The notes under the pieces were generated by a model. The model did not search any database and was not told the origin of the DNA. It was given only the letters and a program-made list of their open reading frames with translations. The position numbers were made by a program, and so were the translations under genes. From assembly GCA_963796285.1 (NCBI GenBank), contig CAWCKW010000013.1:320001-384000 (forward strand): 64,000 nt of DNA, in the 5' to 3' direction. Position 1 is the stretch's first letter. Every line of letters begins with the position of its first letter. This DNA comes from Nitrospirota bacterium (GTDB taxonomy: Bacteria > Nitrospirota > UBA9217). Below, piece by piece: positions 1-9,745 of this stretch.

Positions 1-377
1 TTCTTGAAGTTCTTCGCCAGCTTACCGGCGGTGGTCGTCTTGCCTGACCCTTGCAAGCCAACCATCATAATGATGGTTGGCGGGTTCGGCGACAGAAAAA
101 GTTTTGCCTGCGTTCCGCCCAGAAGCGCAACAAGCTCCTCGTGGACGATCTTGACAACCTGCTGCCCAGGGGTGAGGCTCGAAAGTATTTCCTGCCCAAC
201 CGCCCGTTCCTGGACCTTGCCGATGAACTCCTTCACCACCTTGAAGTTTACATCGGCTTCAAGGAGAGCAAGGCGCACCTCGCGCAAGGCCTCCTTGACA
301 TCATCCTCTTTGAGGGACCCCCTGCCTCGGAGCTTCTTGAAAACAGACTCTAATTTACCACTTAAGGCATCAAACAT
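1..377 (-). CDS. ffh: Signal recognition particle protein (5' part, runs off the window)
   Basis: Hand translation of minus strand from ATG at 377: MFDALSGKLESVFKKLRGRG...ALLEADVNFKVVKEF...IIMMVGLQGSGKTTTAGKLA; not in the ORF track. Confidence 0.95.
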   Translation of the reverse strand, partial: MFDALSGKLESVFKKLRGRGSLKEDDVKEALREVRLALLEADVNFKVVKEFIGKVQERAVGQEILSSLTPGQQVVKIVHEELVALLGGTQAKLFLSPNPPTIIMMVGLQGSGKTTTAGKLAKNFK

Positions 378-701
378 AGAACGCACCCGCTCGGCAAAGA
401 ATAGTAAATATATAAGATAAGTCCATTATTGTCAAGGATTTTCTCTTGGAAGATACGGTTCAACGCCAGCCAGTCGGGCCTCCTGCAAGGAAATCACGTC
501 GATGAGGCCAGTTTGGCGGTTTATATCGCCAATGACGAGCCGTAGTATATAATTGAAATAATATCAAAGAGTTAATATGCCTCTCCAGATCAGGGTCCCC
601 ACCCGTACACCGGGCTGGAAAAATATAAGGTAAGGATTATCTAAACCAAAGCGGAATGGCAGACCATGACCATTTTCACTGGAATTCCTTCACTCGCAGC
701 T

Positions 702-1433
702 TTAATGGACCATCCTCTTCTTAGCTTCCACCCGGCTGGTCACTTCAGTTTTGGATGGTACGTCACTTTCTCCCGCGTAGTGAAATTCGGTGTACACCAG
801 CTCCTCGGCATGCTCAGCTGGCGGATACATCTTCATGAACTTGATCCGCCCTTTTTCATCATACTCGTATACCGTAAACCCGACCACTGTCTCTCGGGCA
901 TTGACGATCACTTTTCTCAGCTCGCTTGCCGTTTCCGGGATGCTGGACAGAATACCGACTGCGAACCCTGTAATACCGCCGATCACTATGGGCGCTGTTC
1001 TGATAGCAAGATAGGCGAGCGCCTCGCCGCCTGAATTTATCGTAACGCCGTTCGAGAAAAGCCCCTGTGATATTTCAAGCCCTCCTTCGAACCCTCTGCC
1101 GGTCCATTCATACACTACGGCAAGCGGTCTTTGCATGTCCGCTTTATTCTGTTCAACGATAACGATGTCGTAAGAACGAACTGGCTTCCCATTCACGGCG
1201 TGCACGACTGTAAAAAGTTCTCCGGCTCTTCCCGGACGACTGTTCAATGTCTCCGGGAACAGCGGGCGACCATGGCTGTCGTATTCGACCTTTTTGACCA
1301 GGAACATGCTTTGCTTCGGAACATCGGGGTATGTTGCAATTGGCGCGACACGTTCGGTCATGCATCCGCTGATGATCAGGACGCTGATAAAAGCGAGGAG
1401 GGATCTCATGGTATGTTTGAAAAAGCGCCCCAT
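702..1433 (-). CDS. Hypothetical lipoprotein
   Basis: 243-aa ORF, hydrophobic N-terminus ending in lipobox-like ISGC; start may be the second Met. Confidence 0.65.
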   Translation of the reverse strand: MGRFFKHTMRSLLAFISVLIISGCMTERVAPIATYPDVPKQSMFLVKKVEYDSHGRPLFPETLNSRPGRAGELFTVVHAVNGKPVRSYDIVIVEQNKADMQRPLAVVYEWTGRGFEGGLEISQGLFSNGVTINSGGEALAYLAIRTAPIVIGGITGFAVGILSSIPETASELRKVIVNARETVVGFTVYEYDEKGRIKFMKMYPPAEHAEELVYTEFHYAGESDVPSKTEVTSRVEAKKRMVH

Positions 1434-1442
1434 AACATCGGA

Positions 1443-2585
1443 TCAGGATGCCGTCTTTCGTATAAGTTCATACACGGTTACTTCAGGAGGAGCAAGGAAC
1501 CGGATGGGCGGCCCCCAGGTTCCGGTCCCGCGGCTGACGTGGAGCAGCGAGCCCTGGCCGAGGTTATAGTTGCCTGCGATCATCGGGTAGTTGAGCCGGA
1601 CAAGCAGAGTAAAGGGGAATATCTGCCCTCTGTGCGTGTGGCCGGATATTTGAAGGTCGAAAAGGCCGATGGTAGCTTTATCGATCCGCGGCTGGTGTTT
1701 CAAGAACAGGATGAAGCGGTTTTGATTTTGTCTTGCAAGCAGCTCCTTCTCTGAAATAGGCTCCTCGATTTTCATTTGGACCGCGGTCCGGTCGTCAACG
1801 CCGACCAGCGTGATCGGTCCGACATCCATCGCTTCATTCTGCAGAACCGTGAAACCGGACTCCCGAGTAAACGCAAGCGCTTTCTCGATCCCGGCATAAT
1901 ACTCGTGGTTCCCGGTGATCGCGTAGTTGCCGTACTTGGTCTTGACCCCGCGCAGAAGGTCTCCGAGGCCCGTCAGGTGGTTGATCTGGGCGTCCACCAG
2001 GTCTCCCGTGGAAATGAGTATATCGGGCTTTGCGGACTTGACCACATCGAGCATCTTTTCGAGGCGTTCGCAACGGATGACCAGCCCCAGGTGAACGTCC
2101 GTGATCTGCGCGATCGTGAGCCGGTCGATCCCGTAGGGTAGCTTCGTTGTCTCGATCCTGACACGCTCAAGGCGAATGTCCTTCGCCTCAAAGTATCCGT
2201 ACAGGTTGATGACCAGTGAGATGCCGAGGCAGATGAAGAATGCCGGCCGCGCGGCAGGAAGATATGCGGATATATCAGACCGTGTCAGCCATCCGGCAAT
2301 GCGGGTGAGAAGAGCGTAGATATCGAAGATCAGCGAGCTGCAGAAGAACAGGAACAGCGCTGCCATCCAGAAGTAGGTGACGTAGGCAAGCACCTGCGCG
2401 GTAATTTCGTAGTCATGGTCTTCGAGTGCGCGTACCAGAAAAAGCGCAAAGATCATGAGCAGCATGAATACGGCTATGACGACGCCGGCAAGAGGACCGA
2501 ACTGAAGCGCGATCCGCGCTTTCAGGAATGCGTAGACATGGACACTGCCGTAAACGGCGAAGACAAAGAAAATAAAAGAGATCAT
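1443..2585 (-). CDS. Membrane-anchored metallophosphoesterase (YkuE/YaeI-like)
   Basis: N-terminal TM helices; DVH, GD, GNHE, HQP, SGHTHRGQ motifs. Confidence 0.9.
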   Translation of the reverse strand: MISFIFFVFAVYGSVHVYAFLKARIALQFGPLAGVVIAVFMLLMIFALFLVRALEDHDYEITAQVLAYVTYFWMAALFLFFCSSLIFDIYALLTRIAGWLTRSDISAYLPAARPAFFICLGISLVINLYGYFEAKDIRLERVRIETTKLPYGIDRLTIAQITDVHLGLVIRCERLEKMLDVVKSAKPDILISTGDLVDAQINHLTGLGDLLRGVKTKYGNYAITGNHEYYAGIEKALAFTRESGFTVLQNEAMDVGPITLVGVDDRTAVQMKIEEPISEKELLARQNQNRFILFLKHQPRIDKATIGLFDLQISGHTHRGQIFPFTLLVRLNYPMIAGNYNLGQGSLLHVSRGTGTWGPPIRFLAPPEVTVYELIRKTAS

Positions 2586-3661
2586 CTGCCGAAACTTACC
2601 CCCATTCCTTCGGCGACCTTCACGAGTTCACCGTCGGGATCGACCAATTTGAGCTGACTGATCGCCTGTTCGAGCGGCACCGAGGTGATGGCCGGCGGCT
2701 GGTACGAAACCATCTCGCCGAACCTCTTTTGCGCGATGAGTTCCACCGCGTAGGCGCCGTATCGCGTGGCGAGCAGCCTATCGAAGGGGCATGGGCTGCC
2801 CCCGCGCTGCAAATGACCGAGCACGGTCACGCGCGTCTCGAAGCTGGTGAGCTTGCTGATCTCGTTCGCCACGATCTCGCCCATGCCGCCGAGCCGGAGA
2901 ACATAGCCGTCCGACGCCTTCTCGCGTACCGACATCTCGCCGCCGGCGGGCTTTGCGCCCTCGGCCACGACAACGATGCTCGATTTGCTGCCCGCTTTTT
3001 TCCGTTCGAGCAGTTTCTCCGTCACCTTCTCGAAGCTGAAGGGGATCTCCGGGATCAGGATCACATCGGCGCTGCCCGCCATGCCCGACTCGAGGGCGAT
3101 CCAGCCTGCGTATCTGCCCATGACCTCGAGAATAATGACCCGCTGGTGGCTTTCCGCCGTGGTATGGAGCTTGTCAAGCGCTTCAGTCGCCGTGTCCACC
3201 GCGGTCTGAAACCCGAAGGTCACGTGGGTGGCCATGAGATCGTTGTCGATCGTCTTGGGTACACCGATGACAGGAACACCTCGCTGGTGAAAACCGTCAC
3301 CGATCTTGAGGGAGCCGTCACCGCCTATGACAACAAGCACATCCAGCCCCAGTCCCCTTATGTTGTTCAGCACTTCGGAGGACCTGTCCTCAACGATTTC
3401 CCTGCCGCCGACAACCATTTTATGCGCAAAAGGGTTGCCGCGGTTCGTGGTCCCGAGAATGGTGCCGCCGACAAAGAGGATGCCCCTCGTATTCCAGGAG
3501 GTGAGTTGGCGGGTCTTCGTTGGCGTGAGCAGCCCTTCGAACCCGTCGATGATACCCGTCACCTGCCATCCGTACTTGAAAATGGCGGTCTTGGTGACCG
3601 CGCGGATGACCGCATTAAGACCCGGGGCATCACCGCCGCCTGATAAAACACCGAGTTTCAC
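2582..3661 (-). CDS. pfkA: 6-phosphofructokinase (group III type)
   Basis: GGDAPGLN, GGTILGT, GGDGS, PKTIDND, EVMGR, LGHLQRGG; GTG start at 3661 after GGAGG. Confidence 0.93.
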   Translation of the reverse strand: MKLGVLSGGGDAPGLNAVIRAVTKTAIFKYGWQVTGIIDGFEGLLTPTKTRQLTSWNTRGILFVGGTILGTTNRGNPFAHKMVVGGREIVEDRSSEVLNNIRGLGLDVLVVIGGDGSLKIGDGFHQRGVPVIGVPKTIDNDLMATHVTFGFQTAVDTATEALDKLHTTAESHQRVIILEVMGRYAGWIALESGMAGSADVILIPEIPFSFEKVTEKLLERKKAGSKSSIVVVAEGAKPAGGEMSVREKASDGYVLRLGGMGEIVANEISKLTSFETRVTVLGHLQRGGSPCPFDRLLATRYGAYAVELIAQKRFGEMVSYQPPAITSVPLEQAISQLKLVDPDGELVKVAEGMGVSFGR

Positions 3662-3778
3662 AATGACCTCCAAAGAACTGATAGGGTCCCGTAGCCAGGA
3701 TACAGGGTTAAGGGTAAAGAAATATCGATTATGCGCAGGGCACATTCCTGGACCCTGGATCCCGGCGCAAGGACCTTA

Positions 3779-4654
3779 CTATGCATTGATCCCCAAAAGC
3801 CTCGCCCCGCCTTCACAGGCGATCTCCCTCACCTCGTCATAAGGGATCCCGGACTGTTCAAAATAGGCAAGTTCAGCATCATAGGCTTCCCTGTATTGAG
3901 GATCAGGGAGCACGCAGTCCGTGCCAACCGCCAGGGGAACGCCGATACCATAAGCATACAGCATCATCGCGAGATGAGAACTGATCAGGCCGGCAACAAA
4001 CGCTTCTGATTCTTTTGATACGCTGCCGGACTCAGCAGCTCGCTTGAGTGCTCCCACGGTTGGCACCCAGAATGTGGCTTTTTTCGCCATTATATCGAGC
4101 GCTCGCTCAGACATAAAGAACCCATGCTCGATGGACCTCACTCCCGCTTCAGCAACGTCAATAAGGGCTTGTTCGCCGTTCGCGTGCGCCATGACACCGA
4201 GCCCGCAAGTTGCGGCAGCCTGCACGATGACGTGGAGTTCATCTTTATTAAAACCTCCTGCTGTCACCCTGCCGGGCTCTTTGAAGCTCACGATGCCGGA
4301 CGCCATTATTTTGATTATACCAGCCCCGGCTTGCTTGAGCGTGTAAATTGCCGATTTCATTTCTTCCGGGGTTTCAACGGGTATGCCGAACGTTGAGCCG
4401 TAGCCGCCTTTTTTATAGAGGGCCCATAGGGCGGAGATGATAAGCGGAAGACTGCTGTCCTGGCCCATAGCATAAATTCCGCGCAGGGTATTGTCTCTCA
4501 TGCCGGCATCACGGACCGCTACAACACCTGCGTCGACAACAGCATCCAGACAACAGGTATCCTTGCAATGCACATGGGCGTCGACAAATCCGGTGCTGCG
4601 TCCGCTATCTCCCGGATATCTGTGTGATGGTAGATGAATGGGCTCTTCCCGCAA
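3779..4654 (-). CDS. Amidohydrolase-family metal-dependent hydrolase
   Basis: GFVDAHVH, IKIMASG, AHA, SIEHG, GTD motifs; N-terminus short, start uncertain. Confidence 0.8.
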   Translation of the reverse strand: MREEPIHLPSHRYPGDSGRSTGFVDAHVHCKDTCCLDAVVDAGVVAVRDAGMRDNTLRGIYAMGQDSSLPLIISALWALYKKGGYGSTFGIPVETPEEMKSAIYTLKQAGAGIIKIMASGIVSFKEPGRVTAGGFNKDELHVIVQAAATCGLGVMAHANGEQALIDVAEAGVRSIEHGFFMSERALDIMAKKATFWVPTVGALKRAAESGSVSKESEAFVAGLISSHLAMMLYAYGIGVPLAVGTDCVLPDPQYREAYDAELAYFEQSGIPYDEVREIACEGGARLLGINA

Positions 4655-4740
4655 CTTAAGAATTTACCTTCAGTCCAACCCCGATTGAGCAACATATAGA
4701 CAATTTCAACTTCCGCGGCGATCAGGATGTCCCTTCCGTG

Positions 4741-6777
4741 TTATCGCGGGCGGTATTGTTCATACAAGCTATCCGGTATTAGTTTCAGTTCACGGGTGAA
4801 TTGGTCGTTCCGCGACTTGTACTGGTTGAATTCCGCGATCAGCTCATTTTTTTTCTTCTCGTCCTGTATCGGCTCCAGATCCATGTCCTTCCCGATGGAA
4901 AACAACACATCCTGATCGATGAAATACATCCCGGAAATATAATCGATCAGATTGACTTTTGTGTGTTTGAGCGGATACCTATGGATATTTCTGAACGAGG
5001 GGTCCGTATCCAGTCCCGAACCCACCCAGGTGACAAGAGACGGTACATCGATATGGTAATTCTTTTTCAGAAAGGCCAGGAACGAAGGGGTAATGTCCAG
5101 CTGCGATGAGATCGACTCGATCCGCGCCCTGCGCTTGAGCAGGGGAGAGAATATGATCAGCGGGACATGGAAACGATCGATCTTGGTGGACATCTCGATC
5201 TCAGGCAGGCGATGATCTCCGGTAATGATGAAAATGGTATTGCCGTAGGCGGGAAGTTTCGCATACTCCTCAAAAAAGTAGCGCAACGCGTCATCCGTAT
5301 AGAGTATCGTGGAATATATCTTTTCGTAGGTGCGGTGGCGTTCCTTTTGTTTTTCATCAAAACCCAGCTGGTCCATGCGGTCCTCGACGCGCTTAATATA
5401 TTCCTCCTGATCGGGAATGGAATAGGACGTATGCATGCTCAATGTTTGCACGAACGATATATACGGCTGCTGCGAATCGCGCCGGTCCGTCTCCAGCGCC
5501 TTCCTCATCACCTCCCGGTCGGGATACCCCCAGCTCGTGCCGGGGCTTTTCACATAGGTCTTGTCATAATCATCGATGCCGACCAGGACATCCACACCCT
5601 GTTGCTGGAGGAACAATCGCTCATTGTCGAAATCCGGATCGCCCCCGATATAAAATTTGAGGCGATATCCGTTGTGCTTCAGAATGCTCATTAGAGAAAG
5701 ATGCTTGGGCATTTGTTTTCCCAGTTCATTAAAACCTTGCTCTGCGAAGGGCAATGAAGCCAAAATGGACGGAAGCGCCGCGAAGGTACGCCCCTGCGAA
5801 GAAAGAAAATTCTCCCAGTACAGACTCTTCCCGGCCAGTTCGTCGAGAAACGGCGTAAAACTGCCCAGATAAGCATTGGGTCCGCTGAAGGCCCTGCCCA
5901 AACCTTCCACCAAGATGAAAACGAGGTTGGGAGGCCTGGTTGGGTCCACCTTGAAGAACCCGCCCAGGACATCGGGGGTTTCGTCAACCCTCAAAAAAGG
6001 ATATTCCGCGCTGAGTGCTTTGGATACAAGCGAATGCTCAGGCCGCCGGGTATGTTCGTTTGCGGCGATGGCGACGACGTTCCCTGCAGCCGTTCGGGAA
6101 AAATAGGCGTAGGAGTCCTGGGTGAAATACATCCATTTGTTCACAGCCAGATTATATGATAAATCCGACGCGAATGATGCCCTCGCGGGTAGTCCGGATA
6201 CCGTGAAAGCCAGCACGACCCCGATGCCTAATATGACAAATGCATATGACGGTTTTATTGATTTGCGGGAGTGTAAAATCGCAAGCAAGGCCCAGAATAT
6301 GGCAACTGGTATGACAAACAGTAAGATTGATATGGAATCAATCGTGAGACCGCCGCTGACGGTCGTTTCTATTTCTTTCAAGGAATAACCGAATAGATCG
6401 GCGCCAAGGGGAATCGTTGCCGTGGCAAAGTATTTGATCAATACTGCGTATAGGATGATAACAATCGATCCACCAACCCCATAGACCCAGTAACGGGAGC
6501 TTTTCGTCCTTGTGATAACGCAAACGATAAGAAATGGAACAAACAGGAACGGAAGCATTTTCAGAATGGCTACAATATCGAACAGGAGTGCCTGTGCAAT
6601 TACGGTCCGGATATCCTCCGGAAGATTGGCGGTCGTGGAAATAGCGAAGAACTCCATCACGCGCATCGCAAGGAAGGCGATCAATAACGCCGATGAAAGA
6701 CTTACAAACAGAGCAGCGCAGTTTTTCAACGTATCGAGAAATGAATGTTCAGCTTCCGTCTGGACAGCATTGTTCAT
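4741..6777 (-). CDS. LTA synthase/sulfatase-family membrane phosphotransferase
   Basis: About five N-terminal TM helices then alkaline-phosphatase-fold motifs ILVEGLG, catalytic Thr in GRTFAA, SMHTSY, TGDH. Confidence 0.85.
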   Translation of the reverse strand: MNNAVQTEAEHSFLDTLKNCAALFVSLSSALLIAFLAMRVMEFFAISTTANLPEDIRTVIAQALLFDIVAILKMLPFLFVPFLIVCVITRTKSSRYWVYGVGGSIVIILYAVLIKYFATATIPLGADLFGYSLKEIETTVSGGLTIDSISILLFVIPVAIFWALLAILHSRKSIKPSYAFVILGIGVVLAFTVSGLPARASFASDLSYNLAVNKWMYFTQDSYAYFSRTAAGNVVAIAANEHTRRPEHSLVSKALSAEYPFLRVDETPDVLGGFFKVDPTRPPNLVFILVEGLGRAFSGPNAYLGSFTPFLDELAGKSLYWENFLSSQGRTFAALPSILASLPFAEQGFNELGKQMPKHLSLMSILKHNGYRLKFYIGGDPDFDNERLFLQQQGVDVLVGIDDYDKTYVKSPGTSWGYPDREVMRKALETDRRDSQQPYISFVQTLSMHTSYSIPDQEEYIKRVEDRMDQLGFDEKQKERHRTYEKIYSTILYTDDALRYFFEEYAKLPAYGNTIFIITGDHRLPEIEMSTKIDRFHVPLIIFSPLLKRRARIESISSQLDITPSFLAFLKKNYHIDVPSLVTWVGSGLDTDPSFRNIHRYPLKHTKVNLIDYISGMYFIDQDVLFSIGKDMDLEPIQDEKKKNELIAEFNQYKSRNDQFTRELKLIPDSLYEQYRPR

Positions 6778-6911
6778 GCTTTGAATCCTATCCTGATCAA
6801 AAAACGACCGGTTTACGTCATACGTTCTCGTGATTGTTCATTGGATACTGTTGACATTGATCCTTCAAATGGCTCGCCTACCTACATCCTGCATGCGCTC
6901 TGCCGCTTTCA

Positions 6912-8213
6912 TCACCAACGCTTTGATATACTGGCCGAGATGCTTCGCTCATAGAAGGGGTAAATATTGTCGTCGCTGTAGCCTGCCGATATTTTGAAGC
7001 CCCAGCGCGAGTTGAAATATTTTTGGAATGCCGCTCCGATCGATTTACTCCTTGTTGTTTTAACGATGTCCGTTCCCGCGATAAATTCGCCGCCCTGGCC
7101 AAATCCGGTGTTCAGTTCGACATAATCATCTCCATCCCCTGAAAAGTAGTACCGTGCGAGAACGTGGTGGGAAATGCTCAGTTCGGCGGATGATGGGACA
7201 AAGAGGGTCCGCCATCGCAAATACCAGTTGCCGGTGTATTTCCCCAGACCAAGGCCGTACATATCGACGTTGCTTCCCCCGAAATCCATGTGATCGTAGC
7301 TGCCGGAAAGCTCCCACGCCTTTCCTACCCCCTGAAAAATTTCCAGGCGATAAGCATCATCGGGGAAAAGTTTGGCATTCGGTGAATACTGATATCGAAT
7401 ATTCGCATACGACCTCGGCCAGAGATCAACGTACGCATCGAGTGCCACGGCATAATCGCTTAATCCGAACCGCTTGGAATCGAGATACTCGACACCGAGC
7501 GAGCCATGTTGCCAGTAATGTCGGAGAGTAGCACTGTAATCGTACCATTCGCTGCGGACCGGCGTATATTTGCCGTAGCCATAGGACAGGCTCGCCATCC
7601 ATTTGTATGCTTCAGGCGCCGCTGATTCCGGTTCAGATCTGCGTTGCTGCAGGGAAAGAAGATACTGATCGATCTCGGGGTCCGGCGCGCCGTGTGCGCG
7701 GGCTGCTTCAAAATCCGCGCCGGCTGCCTCGAGATCGCCCGCCGATCGATGGGCTCTTGCGCGGGCGATGTAGGCGCTGGGGTCACCGGGATCCGCAGCT
7801 ATCCATTTTCCGTATGCGTTCACGGCATCGCTGGGCCGGTCGCTCCACAGATACATGTCCCCGAGCGCGGACCAGGCATCGCCGTAGCCCGGTGACCGTT
7901 TCGTTACCGCCGTGAGGTCGTTCTCGGCCTCCTTCCAGCGGTTCTCCCACGCATACGTCCGCCCTCGCGCGAGAAGCAGCTCGGAATTCTTCGGTCGCGT
8001 TGCCAGCAGTTCCGTGTAAAGCCGAATTGCTTCATCACGGTGTTTCGAAAAAGAGAGGGCCCTCGCAAGCTTGAACTTAGCCTCATACGATTTGGGATGA
8101 GTTACAGCCTCCGCACGATAGTACTGTGCTGCAGCGTCATAGTCACCCCTTGACATCGCCGTGTCACCATCCGCTATCGCGGCGACAAGACTCAATGCAA
8201 GAAGAATCATCAT
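6912..8213 (-). CDS. TPR-repeat protein fused to YaiO-like outer-membrane beta-barrel
   Basis: Signal peptide, TPR-like helical repeats, Tyr/Gly-rich amphipathic beta strands, terminal Trp (ISKRW). Confidence 0.8.
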   Translation of the reverse strand: MMILLALSLVAAIADGDTAMSRGDYDAAAQYYRAEAVTHPKSYEAKFKLARALSFSKHRDEAIRLYTELLATRPKNSELLLARGRTYAWENRWKEAENDLTAVTKRSPGYGDAWSALGDMYLWSDRPSDAVNAYGKWIAADPGDPSAYIARARAHRSAGDLEAAGADFEAARAHGAPDPEIDQYLLSLQQRRSEPESAAPEAYKWMASLSYGYGKYTPVRSEWYDYSATLRHYWQHGSLGVEYLDSKRFGLSDYAVALDAYVDLWPRSYANIRYQYSPNAKLFPDDAYRLEIFQGVGKAWELSGSYDHMDFGGSNVDMYGLGLGKYTGNWYLRWRTLFVPSSAELSISHHVLARYYFSGDGDDYVELNTGFGQGGEFIAGTDIVKTTRSKSIGAAFQKYFNSRWGFKISAGYSDDNIYPFYERSISASISKRW

Positions 8214-8302
8214 TTTGTTAACCCTTCCTCGTTGTTATGCACGTAGTACTTACCCCATCCTGTTTCTGGCGTTGCAGCGCAGAAAGCCCGGCTGCATGTT
8301 CT

Positions 8303-9745
8303 TCATTTAGTGCTATCAGCAGCAACCGGCGCGTGTTCTTCGTGTCCTTTTTTGTGGACGTACTCCCATTTTCTCTTGCCGATGAAGTACTGGATGAGCG
8401 CTTCGAACCTCCAGAAAGAATTGATCTGCCGATAGCCGAAATTTTCCAGCACTCCGTAGATGAGAAGTTTGAACAAGTGGCTCCACTTCGGATACCGCTT
8501 GAATGTCAATTCTTCGAGAAAGATACTGGCGGTCGAGAGAAACACTCCATAGAATATCGCCAGCGTCAAGAATAGCAGGAGAAAATCAAGGCTCAGGATC
8601 CCGAGGAAAAAGGAAATAATGACAAAGACATATCCCAGGACTTCGATCACGGGGCCCAGGATCTCGAAAATAACATAGTAGGGCAGGACCGCCATGCCGA
8701 TCTTGCCGAATTGAGGATTGAACATCATCTCTCTATTTTGGAAAATAGTCTGGATCAGGCCGAGGTGCCACCTTCTCCGTTGTCTGCCGAGCATTTTAAA
8801 ATCATCCGGCGCCTCGGTCCAGCAGATAGGATCGGATACAAATCGTATCCGGTACGGTTTTTTCTTTTTCAGCATATGGCGGTGAAGCCGGACGATCATG
8901 TCCATGTCTTCCGCTAAGTTACCCACCATGAATCCCCCCGCCTCCACCACACTGGTTTTTTGAAAGAGCGAAAAGGTCCCGGAAAGAATAAGCAGCGAGC
9001 GCAGGCTGTCCCATCCCACCCTGCCGAAGAGAAACCCCCGGATGTACTCCACGATCTGAAACAGGAGCAGCGTGTTGTCAGGAAGATCGATCTCCTCGAT
9101 CGTGATCTCGTTGGTGAGCCGCAGGCCGTTGATAATGCGCACGACCCCGCCGCTCGCGATCACAGGAACGTTGCTGTCAAGGAGGGGGGTCATGACCCGT
9201 ATGAGGGCGTCTTTTTCAAGCAGCGAATCCGCGTCGAGTGAACAAAAATACGGCGACCGTGAAACATTTATCCCGCAGTTCAGCGCATCGGCCTTGCCGC
9301 CCTGCTCCTTGTCGATCACGAGGAGATGCGGTGTTTCCAGATTATGGTAAAAACCCTTGACGGGTTTCGTCTTGAGAAACGTCCGGTAGACGCGATCGAT
9401 CTTTTTAAGGCCGAACGTGTCGATCACTTTTTGCAGCGTCCCGTCTGTCGACCCGTCGTTGATAATGATCACCTCGAAAAAAGGGTATTCAGTGGCAAGT
9501 GCGGATCTGATGCTCCGGAGAACGACCCTTTCCTCATTATGCATGGCAATCAGGATCGTGACGGGCGGGGTCTCCTGAGAGAGGGTTAATTCTTTGTACG
9601 GGGAATATTTTATACGGCGAAGGTGCCTGAATATAACAAAAAGAGCAAGGGCCAGAAGGACCGAGTAAATCGTGTTCATGACACCGAAGTAAACCCCGAC
9701 GCAGTAATTGAATCCGATGACCGTTATGATGAGTATTTTCTTCAT
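8303..9745 (-). CDS. Processive glycosyltransferase family 2 (PgaC/IcaA-like)
   Basis: NDGSTD, GGKADALN, DADS, AED, QRRRW motifs; N- and C-terminal TM helices. Confidence 0.92.
   Translation of the reverse strand: MKKILIITVIGFNYCVGVYFGVMNTIYSVLLALALFVIFRHLRRIKYSPYKELTLSQETPPVTILIAMHNEERVVLRSIRSALATEYPFFEVIIINDGSTDGTLQKVIDTFGLKKIDRVYRTFLKTKPVKGFYHNLETPHLLVIDKEQGGKADALNCGINVSRSPYFCSLDADSLLEKDALIRVMTPLLDSNVPVIASGGVVRIINGLRLTNEITIEEIDLPDNTLLLFQIVEYIRGFLFGRVGWDSLRSLLILSGTFSLFQKTSVVEAGGFMVGNLAEDMDMIVRLHRHMLKKKKPYRIRFVSDPICWTEAPDDFKMLGRQRRRWHLGLIQTIFQNREMMFNPQFGKIGMAVLPYYVIFEILGPVIEVLGYVFVIISFFLGILSLDFLLLFLTLAIFYGVFLSTASIFLEELTFKRYPKWSHLFKLLIYGVLENFGYRQINSFWRFEALIQYFIGKRKWEYVHKKGHEEHAPVAADSTK

Noticed and set aside
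420-660. SRP RNA or riboswitch upstream of ffh
   Set aside because: No SRP domain IV motif or recognisable aptamer seen.
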